This document shows, piece after piece, positions 1-9,482 of a stretch of DNA of 64,000 nucleotides. The DNA lies in the sequence record PZ402305.1; one strand, given 5' to 3'. The notes below the pieces were generated by a model, which made no database searches, was not told the origin of the DNA, and worked only from the letters and a program-made list of their open reading frames with translations. Both the position numbers and the translations under genes were made by a program. Source of the stretch: a phage. Numbering within the stretch: the first letter of the stretch is position 1; every line of letters begins with the position of its first letter.

Positions 1-162
1 GTTGCCGCTATTGCTATTATTGGATCTTATTATGATACCCGTTTCCCGTCGGCTATGCATGAGGTCGCCGCCGTTGCATCAGTTGGCGTACTGTTTTACG
101 TTGGTAAACGCTATTTATCACCAATGATTAACAAGCTGACACCGTGGAAAAATAAAGGTTGA
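1..162 (+). CDS. 3' end of an upstream gene (partial), hydrophobic C-terminus
   Basis: Frame open from window edge to TGA at 160-162 (...VAAIAIIGSYYDTRF...LTPWKNKG). Confidence 0.3.
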   Translation, partial: VAAIAIIGSYYDTRFPSAMHEVAAVASVGVLFYVGKRYLSPMINKLTPWKNKG

Positions 163-214
163 TCCTGTTTTATATTGTGTTATAGTTATCGTGTAGGGCG
201 GCAATGGTGCCGCG
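159..214 (+). promoter_or_regulatory. PeSL-like cassette 1: TTGATC-N16-TATAGT promoter plus GTAGGGCGGCAATGGTGCCGC stem-loop
   Basis: -35/-10 hexamers with 16 nt spacer; hairpin GCGGCA/TGCCGC about 6 nt after -10; precedes ATG at 234. Confidence 0.55.
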
Positions 215-233
215 CCCCTTTGAGGATGCAATC

Positions 234-518
234 ATGAGTAAAGCTAACACCGTGCTAATGTTTTCCCTGATTAATGATCCCGCTTACTTGTCCAACATGA
301 CGCAGGAGGGTAACACATTAACGGCAACATTCACCAATAAGCTTGACCGAGTGATCATCATCTCACTGAAAACAGTTAGTAAAGGCTTTTACTCGTTAGC
401 TTATCATTGGATCACTGATACCGATGAGACAAGCCAGGACTATAGCGCCCCTTTCCCTGAATCAATGGCACGGGAGATCATCGCCGCCGTTGTAAATGAT
501 GGTTTGTTTACTGCATAA
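234..518 (+). CDS. hypothetical protein (94 aa)
   Basis: Track ORF 204..518 trimmed to internal ATG with GAGGA RBS; the track N-terminus lies inside the stem-loop. Confidence 0.5.
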   Translation: MSKANTVLMFSLINDPAYLSNMTQEGNTLTATFTNKLDRVIIISLKTVSKGFYSLAYHWITDTDETSQDYSAPFPESMAREIIAAVVNDGLFTA

Positions 519-533
519 AAATTTAGAAAAGGC

Positions 534-590
534 TTGCAATAATTTTGAGATAGTGTATATTTAATTCATAGGGCGGCGGGAATAGTTCCC
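534..590 (+). promoter_or_regulatory. PeSL-like cassette 2: TTGCAA-N16-TATATT plus TAGGGCGGCGGGAAtagTTCCC hairpin
   Basis: Same layout as cassette 1; precedes small ORF at 614. Confidence 0.45.
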
Positions 591-613
591 AAAGCAAACG
601 AGAGGATTACACG

Positions 614-733
614 ATGAGCAAGTACACAGTAGAATACACGGTAGAGAATCCGGCAGTATCCGAAGGTAAAAAGATGACATTTGCCATCAGTATAATCGCT
701 TTCGTTGTCACTATCTTATCAATCATCTTATAA
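614..733 (+). CDS. small membrane protein (39 aa)
   Basis: GAGAGGA RBS then ATG; single hydrophobic helix (FAISIIAFVVTILSIIL). Below track cutoff; coordinates read by eye. Confidence 0.4.
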   Translation: MSKYTVEYTVENPAVSEGKKMTFAISIIAFVVTILSIIL

Positions 734-743
734 GGTGCACACC

Positions 744-905
744 ATGAAAATAACAGACATTATCAAAGAGATCGCCCTTGCCGCTGGCGTTGAAGTCGAG
801 GAAGTGATCGCGCTCAATCTTACAGAAAACGATCTGCGCAACTATGAAGCGGAAAGCGTGAAAGCAAGCGGCGCGGTCCTGGTATATGATCCGGCTAACA
901 AGTAA
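744..905 (+). CDS. hypothetical protein (53 aa)
   Basis: Internal ATG of track ORF 705..905 preceded by AAGGTG. Confidence 0.4.
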   Translation: MKITDIIKEIALAAGVEVEEVIALNLTENDLRNYEAESVKASGAVLVYDPANK

Positions 906-1026
906 GGGGATAACATGAATCCGAAAGATATGCAAGCATGGAAAGGGTACGACGATCTAAGCGCCTTGCGCAATAAGTCAAGCCGTAACCTTAGACGGTT
1001 GGAAGCAAAGAAAAAGAAAAAATAGT

Positions 1027-1082
1027 TTGACAAGTCCGCGTAGTCTGATAATATGTATCTTGTAGGGCGGCAATGGTGCCGC
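1027..1082 (+). promoter_or_regulatory. PeSL-like cassette 3: TTGACA-N16-TAATAT plus GTAGGGCGGCAATGGTGCCGC
   Basis: Consensus hexamers; stem-loop identical to cassette 1; precedes ATG at 1104. Confidence 0.6.
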
Positions 1083-1103
1083 TCACAAGAAGAGAGAAAA
1101 ATC

Positions 1104-1388
1104 ATGAAAATTACAAAAAGCCTAACTAATTATGCAGCACGTCGCGGATTATGTTTAACCGTTGAAAACTTAGGGAAAGAAGACTTTTTGTGTTTTTGGG
1201 AGCTTGAAAATGATTGCGAGTGGATGTTTTCTTATTCTATCTGCGAAGATCAAAACGGTTGTTTGTTAACCTGGCGCGGTAATATCTATTTACCGGAAGA
1301 AATCAAAGAGGAACTACCAGGCACGATCATGACTGAGAAACAGCTTAAGGAAGTGATCAATTTTGTAGGGCAAAACATTAAAAAATAA
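1104..1388 (+). CDS. hypothetical protein (94 aa, Cys-rich)
   Basis: Track ORF 1053..1388 trimmed to ATG after purine-rich RBS. Confidence 0.5.
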   Translation: MKITKSLTNYAARRGLCLTVENLGKEDFLCFWELENDCEWMFSYSICEDQNGCLLTWRGNIYLPEEIKEELPGTIMTEKQLKEVINFVGQNIKK

Positions 1389-1389
1389 T

Positions 1390-1452
1390 TTGACAGTAGG
1401 CAAACAACGTAGTAAAGTTTATTACATAGAGCGGCGGAATGGTCCACCGCTC
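1390..1452 (+). promoter_or_regulatory. PeSL-like cassette 4: TTGACA-N17-TAAAGT plus GAGCGGCGG/CCACCGCTC hairpin
   Basis: Same promoter then stem-loop layout; precedes ATG at 1474. Confidence 0.5.
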
Positions 1453-1473
1453 ACAACAGAAGAGAAACAAATC

Positions 1474-1644
1474 ATGATCCCGACTATGTTTTATGTATCG
1501 CGCAAAGGTCACAATATTTTTTGGTCTGAAGATTTAAATGAAGCTATGACGTTTGCCCGTAATCGTGTTGCTATCGGTGGCGTTAACATCACCGTAACCG
1601 ATGAAAATGGCATTGAATACTATAACGGCGACGATGAAGAATAA
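1474..1644 (+). CDS. hypothetical protein (56 aa)
   Basis: Internal ATG of track ORF 1390..1644; the track N-terminus overlaps the promoter cassette. Confidence 0.45.
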   Translation: MIPTMFYVSRKGHNIFWSEDLNEAMTFARNRVAIGGVNITVTDENGIEYYNGDDEE

Positions 1645-1837
1645 TTAATGAGGCGGGGGGAGTATTCCCCGCCGTCAATATGGCGGGGCAATAAGGCAAC
1701 GCCCATTAATGAGGGTAAAATCATGTTAGAGAAAATTTTCACGGTTGCAGTGGTTGGCCTGGCGTTATCGGTTGGAGTGGTTGCAACTATGGCTAACATG
1801 ATCCTATCTTCCCACGGTATCGGTTAAGGTGAAACAA

Positions 1838-2053
1838 ATGATCACGAACAAAACAGGCAAAACGGAATTTTTACGCGGCTTACAAGTTGGTAAGCCTGAG
1901 ATCTGGCATTGCACGAAGTCCGCGCATAATGAAATGAAAGATTTCACCGCTACTTTACAACGTGTTAAAATATCTATTACACAGAAAAAAGCCTTGTTAG
2001 TAGTAGAAAACGAGATCCCACAAACTATTATTATTGTCGAGCGTACAGCATGA
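1838..2053 (+). CDS. hypothetical protein (71 aa)
   Basis: ATG 6 nt after AAGGTG; track start is an upstream GTG. Confidence 0.45.
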   Translation: MITNKTGKTEFLRGLQVGKPEIWHCTKSAHNEMKDFTATLQRVKISITQKKALLVVENEIPQTIIIVERTA

Positions 2054-2436
2054 AAACAGAAATCATTATTGAAATCATCAACGGCTATAAAGAAGCTTTT
2101 ATTTTTGCTGAATCAGCAAGGGATCATGAAGGTAATTTTATTGATAACTTAGACGATTATGATTTTTCTCCTAGCGCGGACGAACGGATCGCCCAGGATG
2201 TAACAGCCTTTATTAATGCTAATCTTGCCGCTATCTCTGAGGCAATGAGCGACGGCGCAACAGCCAACCAGATCGGGAATGATTTACATTTTACCCGTAA
2301 CAGTCACGGCGTAGGCTTTTGGGATCGCCCTGAAATATACACCACTAACACGGCGAACCGCCTAACCAATGCAGCTAAGTTTATGCCGAACGTGTCGGCT
2401 TACATTGGTGAAGATAATTTGATTTATATTGAATAA
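2050..2436 (+). CDS. hypothetical protein (128 aa)
   Basis: ATGA start/stop overlap with upstream gene (translational coupling). Confidence 0.5.
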   Translation: MKTEIIIEIINGYKEAFIFAESARDHEGNFIDNLDDYDFSPSADERIAQDVTAFINANLAAISEAMSDGATANQIGNDLHFTRNSHGVGFWDRPEIYTTNTANRLTNAAKFMPNVSAYIGEDNLIYIE

Positions 2437-2442
2437 AAAGTA

Positions 2443-2498
2443 TTGACACAGATCGCCAGTGTGCTAATATTTACCACGTAGGGCGGCAATGGTGCCGC
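2443..2498 (+). promoter_or_regulatory. PeSL-like cassette 5: TTGACA-N16-TAATAT plus GTAGGGCGGCAATGGTGCCGC
   Basis: Identical architecture to cassette 3; precedes ATG at 2520. Confidence 0.6.
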
Positions 2499-2519
2499 TC
2501 CCCGAAAAAGGTAAACATT

Positions 2520-2711
2520 ATGGAAACCATCTCCTACCTGGAATCGAATAACATGTTTTTTGCGCCCGTTGATGAAATCATCGAAGCATTAAACAACGAG
2601 GAAGGGATCAAAGGTTTATCTTATAGCCAACTTTTAGGAATGGTTGCAGCAAATGAAGAGCTTGCTTACTATGTTGAAAATTTTGATGAAGCTGTAATCT
2701 TTACAAAATAA
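2520..2711 (+). CDS. hypothetical protein (63 aa)
   Basis: Track ORF directly downstream of cassette 5. Confidence 0.5.
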   Translation: METISYLESNNMFFAPVDEIIEALNNEEGIKGLSYSQLLGMVAANEELAYYVENFDEAVIFTK

Positions 2712-2714
2712 TCC

Positions 2715-2771
2715 TTGATCTAATCTCTTAGATAACTTATATTTAATGCGTAGGGCGGCAATGGTGCCGCC
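2715..2771 (+). promoter_or_regulatory. PeSL-like cassette 6: TTGATC-N17-TATATT plus GTAGGGCGGCAATGGTGCCGCC
   Basis: Precedes ATG at 2790. Confidence 0.55.
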
Positions 2772-2789
2772 GATAATGAGGAAAGTAAA

Positions 2790-3089
2790 ATGGAAACTAT
2801 CGCTATTGTTACCGTAGAAAAACTGGTTGTTGGTGATGTATTCGCGTTAATGGTGCCTAACAGCAGCAAACTGGGCGCTTATGAAGTAATGGATCATAAA
2901 AATGAATCATTTGGCGACGGTTGCACAATGGCGGTAAAATCTTTAAAGGATGGAATCATCCGCCAGGCTAACTGGCACAAAGGGAATCAAGTCGGTTTAA
3001 TATCAGCTAATTTCTTGCCAGAAGAGCAAACGTTAGACCAACTATCAGGCGGTAAGACGTTAGCCGAGCTACTGGAAACAGCGATCTAA
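2790..3089 (+). CDS. hypothetical protein (99 aa)
   Basis: Track ORF downstream of cassette 6. Confidence 0.5.
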   Translation: METIAIVTVEKLVVGDVFALMVPNSSKLGAYEVMDHKNESFGDGCTMAVKSLKDGIIRQANWHKGNQVGLISANFLPEEQTLDQLSGGKTLAELLETAI

Positions 3090-3097
3090 TCAACAAA

Positions 3098-3113
3098 GGG
3101 GCGGCAACGCCCC
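3098..3113 (+). other. intercistronic RNA stem-loop with GNRA tetraloop (GGGGCG-GCAA-CGCCCC)
   Basis: Perfect 6-bp GC stem, no U-tract; a second similar hairpin (GGGCG-GTAA-CGCCC) sits at about 3383-3396. Confidence 0.4.
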
Positions 3114-3133
3114 ACATCAGAAAGGAAAAGATT

Positions 3134-3370
3134 ATGAGTATTGCAACAGTATTAAACGCCGTTAAAACCGCTGAATCATCCGGCTTGCATGTTGAGCTTA
3201 TAGATCAACCAGGTGGCGATCTCCTTGTCCAGGTTTACCCGCCGAAAGTAGGGGATGATCATTATTGGTGCTATTCTGATACGTTCGAACAAGTAGACAC
3301 GAAAGCGATCACGGCTTTTATTTTAAAAGCTATTGAAGAAAATAACTTTCATTATAACATCAATCAATAA
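3134..3370 (+). CDS. hypothetical protein (78 aa)
   Basis: Track ORF. Confidence 0.45.
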   Translation: MSIATVLNAVKTAESSGLHVELIDQPGGDLLVQVYPPKVGDDHYWCYSDTFEQVDTKAITAFILKAIEENNFHYNINQ

Positions 3371-3427
3371 ACTTTAAGCAGGGGGCGGTAACGCCCTATT
3401 AAACGCAATAGGAAGAGGATAGAAAGC

Positions 3428-3718
3428 ATGAAAAAGATGATCGCAGTAGTTGCCCTGGTTGTTGGTATTAACGCGCCTGTAATGGCTAATGATTTGCCTG
3501 AATCCATCGCGTTAACCGATATCAACGCGGTAAACCGGATCGGCGTTAATTATCGCCTATGCCTTGCCGCTAAAACTTTCCAGGACGGCACGACAGAATA
3601 CCACGGATTCGAGGGTGTCCGGTGCGGTGAGCTTGCACGCGACCTTAAGGAAGATCCAGACCTTGAGGCCATACCGATGACCGTAAACGGTAAAGCTTAC
3701 GTAAACCGCCAACAATGA
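3428..3718 (+). CDS. hypothetical secreted protein (signal peptide)
   Basis: N-terminus MKKMIAVVALVVGINAPVMA resembles a Sec signal peptide. Confidence 0.5.
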   Translation: MKKMIAVVALVVGINAPVMANDLPESIALTDINAVNRIGVNYRLCLAAKTFQDGTTEYHGFEGVRCGELARDLKEDPDLEAIPMTVNGKAYVNRQQ

Positions 3719-3729
3719 GAAAGGTAATC

Positions 3730-3957
3730 ATGACAATGGGGATCATAGTAGCAACGCTGGCGCTGATCCCCTTCCTGGTTGAATATGTGCTGATTAGTGT
3801 TGTCCTGGTAGTCAGTGACTTATTGGAAACGGTTGGCACCTGGGAGCAGGGGAAGATAATCACCGGACGACCCCGCTATATATTGATAGCTAACATCTAT
3901 CAAACAACAAAACATCAAAGAGATAAACTATCAAATCTTTACAATCCTACCTATTGA
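3730..3957 (+). CDS. hypothetical membrane protein (75 aa)
   Basis: Internal ATG after GAAAGG RBS; two hydrophobic segments. Confidence 0.45.
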   Translation: MTMGIIVATLALIPFLVEYVLISVVLVVSDLLETVGTWEQGKIITGRPRYILIANIYQTTKHQRDKLSNLYNPTY

Positions 3958-4012
3958 CACCGGATCACGCTTACATTATCATTTATCACGTAGGGCGGGA
4001 ATGTTTCCCGCC
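3954..4012 (+). promoter_or_regulatory. PeSL-like cassette 7: TTGACA-N16-TTATCA plus GTAGGGCGGGAAtgtTTCCCGCC
   Basis: Precedes ATG at 4031. Confidence 0.5.
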
Positions 4013-4030
4013 TGATTTAGGAGTCATATC

Positions 4031-4264
4031 ATGATCGAACAAATTAAAAGCACTAAACCAAATGTTAACGGTAATGTTTCTCACTTTATCGGGGATAATG
4101 AAAGAGGTACACCGTACGCCGCCGTAACCGTTCAACCGAACGGGGATTATTGGTTTACCGTGTACGGATCTTACTCTTTTGGACGTTCGGCACATGATAA
4201 GATCTTGCAAGTGGTTAAGCCTACTGGGAAGAATATCACAGCAGAAAAATTTTATAAAAAATAA
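4031..4264 (+). CDS. hypothetical protein (77 aa)
   Basis: Track ORF. Confidence 0.5.
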   Translation: MIEQIKSTKPNVNGNVSHFIGDNERGTPYAAVTVQPNGDYWFTVYGSYSFGRSAHDKILQVVKPTGKNITAEKFYKK

Positions 4265-4265
4265 C

Positions 4266-4325
4266 TTGCTTTATAGCTCCTGTTAACTTATAGTTATTGC
4301 GTAGGGCGAGCAATACAGCAAGCCC
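4266..4325 (+). promoter_or_regulatory. PeSL-like cassette 8: TTGCTT-N17-TATAGT plus GTAGGGCG leader
   Basis: -35 region reads TTGCTTTA (MotA-box-like); conserved GTAGGGCG follows -10; precedes ATG at 4343. Confidence 0.45.
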
Positions 4326-4342
4326 ACAAAGAGGAAAAGAAG

Positions 4343-4711
4343 ATGAGCAAATCAGCAATTAAAGCACTTGAAAAAGCACAAGAAGTGATCGCAACGTCAA
4401 CCACTGGCGCAAAGGTTAATCTCGTTGGTTATCTGACAGATGAAACTATCCGTAAAAATTGGCGTAATGCTGATTTACTGGCTTGCTTATTGATTAATAG
4501 TGTCGCTAATGCTTTCCAGTGTGAAACAGCCGAGAGCCTGGAGGAAAACTTGTTTGATAATATGGATCAAGCCATTGAAACCTATATACAATCAAACATG
4601 GATAGCTGGAACAGTAAAACATGGCCCGACAATTTACGCGATACAACTGATCAACTGATCCGCCTTGCCTTGATGGTTGAACGCGATAACGTTCACAACC
4701 GCACAAAGTAA
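4343..4711 (+). CDS. hypothetical protein (122 aa)
   Basis: Track ORF with AAGAGGAAAAG RBS. Confidence 0.5.
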   Translation: MSKSAIKALEKAQEVIATSTTGAKVNLVGYLTDETIRKNWRNADLLACLLINSVANAFQCETAESLEENLFDNMDQAIETYIQSNMDSWNSKTWPDNLRDTTDQLIRLALMVERDNVHNRTK

Positions 4712-4721
4712 GATTATACAA

Positions 4722-4748
4722 GGGGCGCACCAAGCGCCCTTTCTTTTT
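4722..4748 (+). terminator. rho-independent terminator
   Basis: GGGCGC-accaa-GCGCCC stem-loop followed by TTTCTTTTT. Confidence 0.7.
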
Positions 4749-4749
4749 G

Positions 4750-6360
4750 CCCGAATAATGTTGATAGATTCCGCCTATGGAAAACCGACACAGAACAAAA
4801 CTGAATAAATAGCGGTATCGAGCTAATCAACCATTAAACGAATAACCATACCTCCCAGGGTAACAGGCTGTTAGAGAGCCATTTAGAGCGGTTAAAATCG
4901 ATCAACAACCAACAAAAAACCATCAAAAACACCCTTTTACCTCCTTTCTAGTGCAATGATAACCATTATCATCTATCCATGTTTATCTATGCAATATAAG
5001 TGCATAACTATAATGTTGATAATAGTTCGCAACAACTAACTAACCAACAACCTAAAACAATAAGCAAACTAATCATAATCAAAGGAATAATAGCAAGATG
5101 ATTGATAACGACAAACAATCAAACCATGATGAATACTAAGCAAGATAACGATAACACGACAAAACAACCAACTAACGAACAATAACAAACGAAACCATTA
5201 AAATAATAACTATTAGCAAAATAGTGCCTGAATGAAATCATTACAAAACGAATCATTCACAGGATCATCATTAGCACGCTATGCCGGACACATAGCGAGC
5301 TAATAATAAGCCAACTACACCCCAACAATCATAACCATCGGTGATGGTTATTTCTTGTTACTGCGTAGCTTGCAATAATTGCAAGCGTAATACGCTTACA
5401 CTTATTGCGCTGGCTTATTATTAGCATTATATGTAATTACCAAGATCATAACATTAGCGCAATAACAATAATCATTGTGGTAATTACAAGATGAAATAAT
5501 CGCTATCGCTCAAAGATCATTAGCAAGATGAATAATTGCACGTAGCAACATGAGCGAATAGCGACAGGTTGCATAGTGTGCACATAGATGTACACGTAGT
5601 GTATAAACATACAGGAAAATAAAGGCTAATCTTTTGGGGGCGAATACTATCGCGTAGCGATATGTTGAGCACTAAGAGAAGAGATAAACCTTAATCATGG
5701 GGGCGTAAATATCCGCAGGATTGCCAACGGCGATCCGGTAGGATGTTGAGCATCTTCTCTTAAACGTAAATAAAATCAGAAAATTCTTGATTTATTTTAG
5801 TTTTTATGTTAATAAACGTTTAAATAATAATCATTCTCATATGAATAATAGTCTGCTTGTCATGAGCGGGATCAGTTGACAATGTTCCGTCATATGATGA
5901 AGTTGCCAAACCATTGATAAATAAGTGTTTGTGTGATTTATAATCAAGTGGCCCACCTTGTCGCTATGTTGGCATGAGCCTTGCATAAGTCATTGAATAC
6001 GAATGATAATTATTCTCATTCGCATGATATTTGAGAATTGTCGCTGCGTGGACCTGACGGCCCGAAAATTCGCGTTAAGCACTTCTTACGTATGCGCCAT
6101 GATTTTTGCCATATGATATTGATTCTATTAGATATTCTTGCCATGATTGCCATGAAACAGGGTGTCCCGAAATAATCTCTCCCCGTAGATATTTTGGGTT
6201 ACTTTTTATACAAGAGTGGGGTGTCAAAAATAATCGGTATATATGGGATAATTGATAGGAATCCCCTATGATAATTCGATTGTAATTCCCTGAGATTGAT
6301 CGTATGATGTTGGTGATTGATGATTGCCATGAAAGATGGCTAACAATGAGAGGAGATTAT
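4750..6360. other. 1.6 kb ORF-free, repeat-bearing non-coding region
   Basis: No ORF of 60 aa or more on either strand; C+A-rich top strand at 4750-5550; short direct and inverted repeats at 5600-6340. Confidence 0.5.
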
Positions 6361-6361
6361 C

Positions 6362-6706
6362 ATGCAAGAGAGTAAAAATGTTCCGTTGAGTAGTTTACGT
6401 CTAATGAAGTTTTACAAAGCTTGGCTTGCTGGTGAGGTAGAAGGTCACACAACGAGTGGTTTGTGCATATGTTTGATTAAGTATGTAGAGGGAACATATC
6501 CTGATGAACTGTTACCTCGTCTACAACAGGAGATGAAATCACAGTTTATTGGTGCAGGACTGGATTACAATTTCCCGTTTAATGAAGGTGGTTATGAGGA
6601 ATACACCTTCGAACATAAAAAACATATTTGCCATAAAAACAAACATCGTATACAATGGGTGCTAGATAGAATTCAAGATTACGAAGGAGAGAAAAATGAC
6701 AAATAG
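6362..6706 (+). CDS. small Cys-containing protein, paralogous family member 1
   Basis: GAGGAG RBS; shares FYKAWL..GLCxCL..AGLDYNxPFN..RxQWVxDRI motifs with five other ORFs. Confidence 0.6.
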   Translation: MQESKNVPLSSLRLMKFYKAWLAGEVEGHTTSGLCICLIKYVEGTYPDELLPRLQQEMKSQFIGAGLDYNFPFNEGGYEEYTFEHKKHICHKNKHRIQWVLDRIQDYEGEKNDK

Positions 6707-7064
6707 TATTCCGTTGAGCAGTGCAACATTGCTTCGCTTCTATAAAGCATGGATTGCCAACTATCCTGCAATGAATCGCACAACGAGTGGCTTATGTGGT
6801 TGTCTGGTAGATTATGTAAATGATTTTGTTGGTGAGACAACCAGAGAAGAAGATAGAAGATGGCGGGATAGTTTGTTGGACCGTTTGAAATATGAAATGA
6901 GGAAACAATTTACATGTGCAGGGCTGGACTACAATCTTCCGTTCAATACAGATTGCATGGATTACCTTTCAGAGTGTATAAACTTGGCGTGTCATACCAA
7001 CACGTTACGTCTTCAATGGGTGAAAGACAGAATTGAAGATGCAAATAATGCTTGCATTGAATAA
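6696..7064 (+). CDS. small Cys-containing protein, paralogous family member 2
   Basis: Tandem to member 1; LLRFYKAWI, SGLCGCL, AGLDYNLPFN, LQWVKDRIED. Confidence 0.6.
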   Translation: MTNSIPLSSATLLRFYKAWIANYPAMNRTTSGLCGCLVDYVNDFVGETTREEDRRWRDSLLDRLKYEMRKQFTCAGLDYNLPFNTDCMDYLSECINLACHTNTLRLQWVKDRIEDANNACIE

Positions 7065-7795
7065 AGATGTTTGTATAATGGATGACATAACAGATAGCCA
7101 ATGAGGAGATTGAAATGTCAAATATGAAAACTGTATCCTTGTATTTAGCTAACACGGATCGTGTGCACACCCTTGCTAATGCAAGTCGTGTACTCGTGCA
7201 GTTCCGAAACTTTGCACCGTCCGTTGTGACAGGCAGTGAAACGTGTGTTATCGATTTCATTAACGAATACTTCCGAGGGAATCCGGTTGGTCGTTATTTC
7301 ATTAAGGGTCTGAAGGATGCATAATATGAAACGCATGAAAATTCGTATTGAGAATGATGGTGGTTATAAAGGATTGGCACATGCAAAATTTCCACTTGTG
7401 CTGGAAGCTACGGTGGAATACAGTGGGCTTGCTCATGTGCGATTCTCGAAGATGATGGAAGTGCAGGAATGGTTTTGGGACGAGATAGATGCACGAGAAG
7501 GGGAAGATTATGTTTTCTTTCCTCACGAATATGAAATTGTTTATTAAAGGTTGTGTGCAATGATCACACCACAACAGAATGAAGCAGCAATGGATCTTCT
7601 TGACAGTTTGTATTTCGATAATTGGTACTCTGAATGTGAATGGATGAATATGCAAACTCTGAAAGAGAAGACAAAAGCGTTGATTACAGTAGATCAATTT
7701 CTTACAGAGACGGAAAGAATGAATTATGATATGGCATCTCGCGCACGACGCGTTTCCATTTTCAATAAAATGTTAGCATTATGGGGAGGTAGAAA

Positions 7796-8257
7796 ATGAG
7801 ACAACCATCTATACTGGAAGCGCATGTGCAATGTGTTGTAGATTATGTCAAAGAACACTCAAGTTTGTTGAATGTAACCTGTGCAGTGCAAAACGATGTA
7901 GGTATTGTCTGTGTGCAACATATCTTATCTGAAACTCGTTATGAAGTATTTCGTGCCACGTTGTTTGGATGTGATCGAGTGCATGTAAACTTCCTGGACT
8001 CCAATTATCGTTATGCTTTAGAAAATATTGATGATTATCTTCCTTGCTCTCCGACAGGATATGTAATGGTAACAGCAAACGAAGTAACACCGAGCAACAG
8101 TGAACAGGAAGCTTTGTTACGGAAGAAAATACGCCAACTGCAAGTGTTGAATGAACTGAAAGAAGAGATTGAAAAAGAACTAAAAGAAGATTTTGGTATG
8201 CTTCCAAAAGACGCTTTGAAATGGTATGATGAGTTAGGAGGAGAGAACAATGTTTAA
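7796..8257 (+). CDS. hypothetical protein (153 aa)
   Basis: Track ORF, ATGA overlap with upstream gene. Confidence 0.45.
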   Translation: MRQPSILEAHVQCVVDYVKEHSSLLNVTCAVQNDVGIVCVQHILSETRYEVFRATLFGCDRVHVNFLDSNYRYALENIDDYLPCSPTGYVMVTANEVTPSNSEQEALLRKKIRQLQVLNELKEEIEKELKEDFGMLPKDALKWYDELGGENNV

Positions 8258-8708
8258 AGAAGGTCATGTCTACCGTTTCCAGGATGAGGATTATATGCGA
8301 TTATATTCTACCTTTGATAACAGTATTGCTGCTATCATTGGAGAGAATTTTTTCGAGGTGTTGAGCACTGATGCAAATGGTAATATCTTGTCAATGGTTG
8401 TGATAGGTATGAGAGATGGTATTATCACTGCTAGTGATGGGGATCGTTACATAATCAATTCTGCTCATATAGATTATTTTGTTGACGGTGGTATTCGTGG
8501 TGGTCGTGGAAAACCACAAGAAGAACCTGTTGATACAACAAAAGAAGAGTGGTATGTTGTAATGACTGATGACACCTGTATTTCTGGATTTGAAAGTTAT
8601 GAAGAAGCTTTGAAAGAGGCAGCAGAGCATAAAATGTCTAATCCTACAGAAGAGGTTGAAGTTTATAAACGTTTGGTTGTTGCTACCATCGGCGTATCTT
8701 TTGTTTAA
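8250..8708 (+). CDS. hypothetical protein (152 aa)
   Basis: GGAGGAG RBS. Confidence 0.5.
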   Translation: MFKEGHVYRFQDEDYMRLYSTFDNSIAAIIGENFFEVLSTDANGNILSMVVIGMRDGIITASDGDRYIINSAHIDYFVDGGIRGGRGKPQEEPVDTTKEEWYVVMTDDTCISGFESYEEALKEAAEHKMSNPTEEVEVYKRLVVATIGVSFV

Positions 8709-8721
8709 AAAGGGGAATGTT

Positions 8722-9159
8722 ATGTTTAAAGTTAATGCTGTTTATTGTTTCAAAAGTAAAGCTGCCTGTGAAGCTTTCTCTATGATCTCTGATGAAAATT
8801 TCAAAATGGCAGCTTTGATTGAAGGGTCTTGTTTCCGCGTCGAGGATGTTAGTGAATCAGGGTCTGTTTGCTCATTGACTTTATTGGACAGCGGGGATAT
8901 TATTGAAGCTGGACAGTATCCGTTCAGGAGTTGGGAGATATTGTTAGCTCGCGGAGAGCGTAACTTTTTTATGTGCGTGTCTGCGGGGGAAGTTGTGAAA
9001 GAAACTAAGGATGTTTCTGTTTACAATTCTGAATTTATAAGTTATAGTGAGTATCAACATCTGGAAGGCATTGTTGGTCACTTGTTATCTCTGATTGACA
9101 TTGAATGTGACCTGCCTGAATCATTGAAAGAAGAGTTGAAAGCATTAGATCTGCTGTAA
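8722..9159 (+). CDS. hypothetical protein (145 aa)
   Basis: Internal ATG after AAGGGGAA RBS. Confidence 0.45.
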   Translation: MFKVNAVYCFKSKAACEAFSMISDENFKMAALIEGSCFRVEDVSESGSVCSLTLLDSGDIIEAGQYPFRSWEILLARGERNFFMCVSAGEVVKETKDVSVYNSEFISYSEYQHLEGIVGHLLSLIDIECDLPESLKEELKALDLL

Positions 9160-9482
9160 TGTTTCGCACAACGAAAGGAGAATAAGATGAATCTGACCGA
9201 ACAGTTACGCCGTATTGCAAAAGAAGCTTCCTTCAACTTCCCTGTTGAAGAAGTGATCGAGACATGTTTTGCTGAAGCACGAGCGGGAAACTCTTCAAGA
9301 AATTTCACGCCATCTGATTTTGGTCTGAATAATTCTCCCACCCACCCAGAGCAGATCTACAATCAGGTGAAGTGGATGGATGAAGCAGTAGCAATTCTTC
9401 GTGAGCGTGGGCTTATTGTTTATAAAGAAATGGATCTGAACGGGGCATACGAGTGGATCACTATTGATTGGTCCGAGGTGAA

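Noticed and set aside
3098-3396. GNRA hairpins at about 3098-3113 and 3383-3396 as terminators
   Set aside because: Neither is followed by a U-tract and both sit just upstream of an RBS; kept as intercistronic stem-loops only.
4750-6360. Possible CRISPR array in the repeat-rich ORF-free region
   Set aside because: Repeats are short (7-18 nt), irregularly spaced and of several unrelated families, with no regular 28-37 bp repeat-spacer periodicity.
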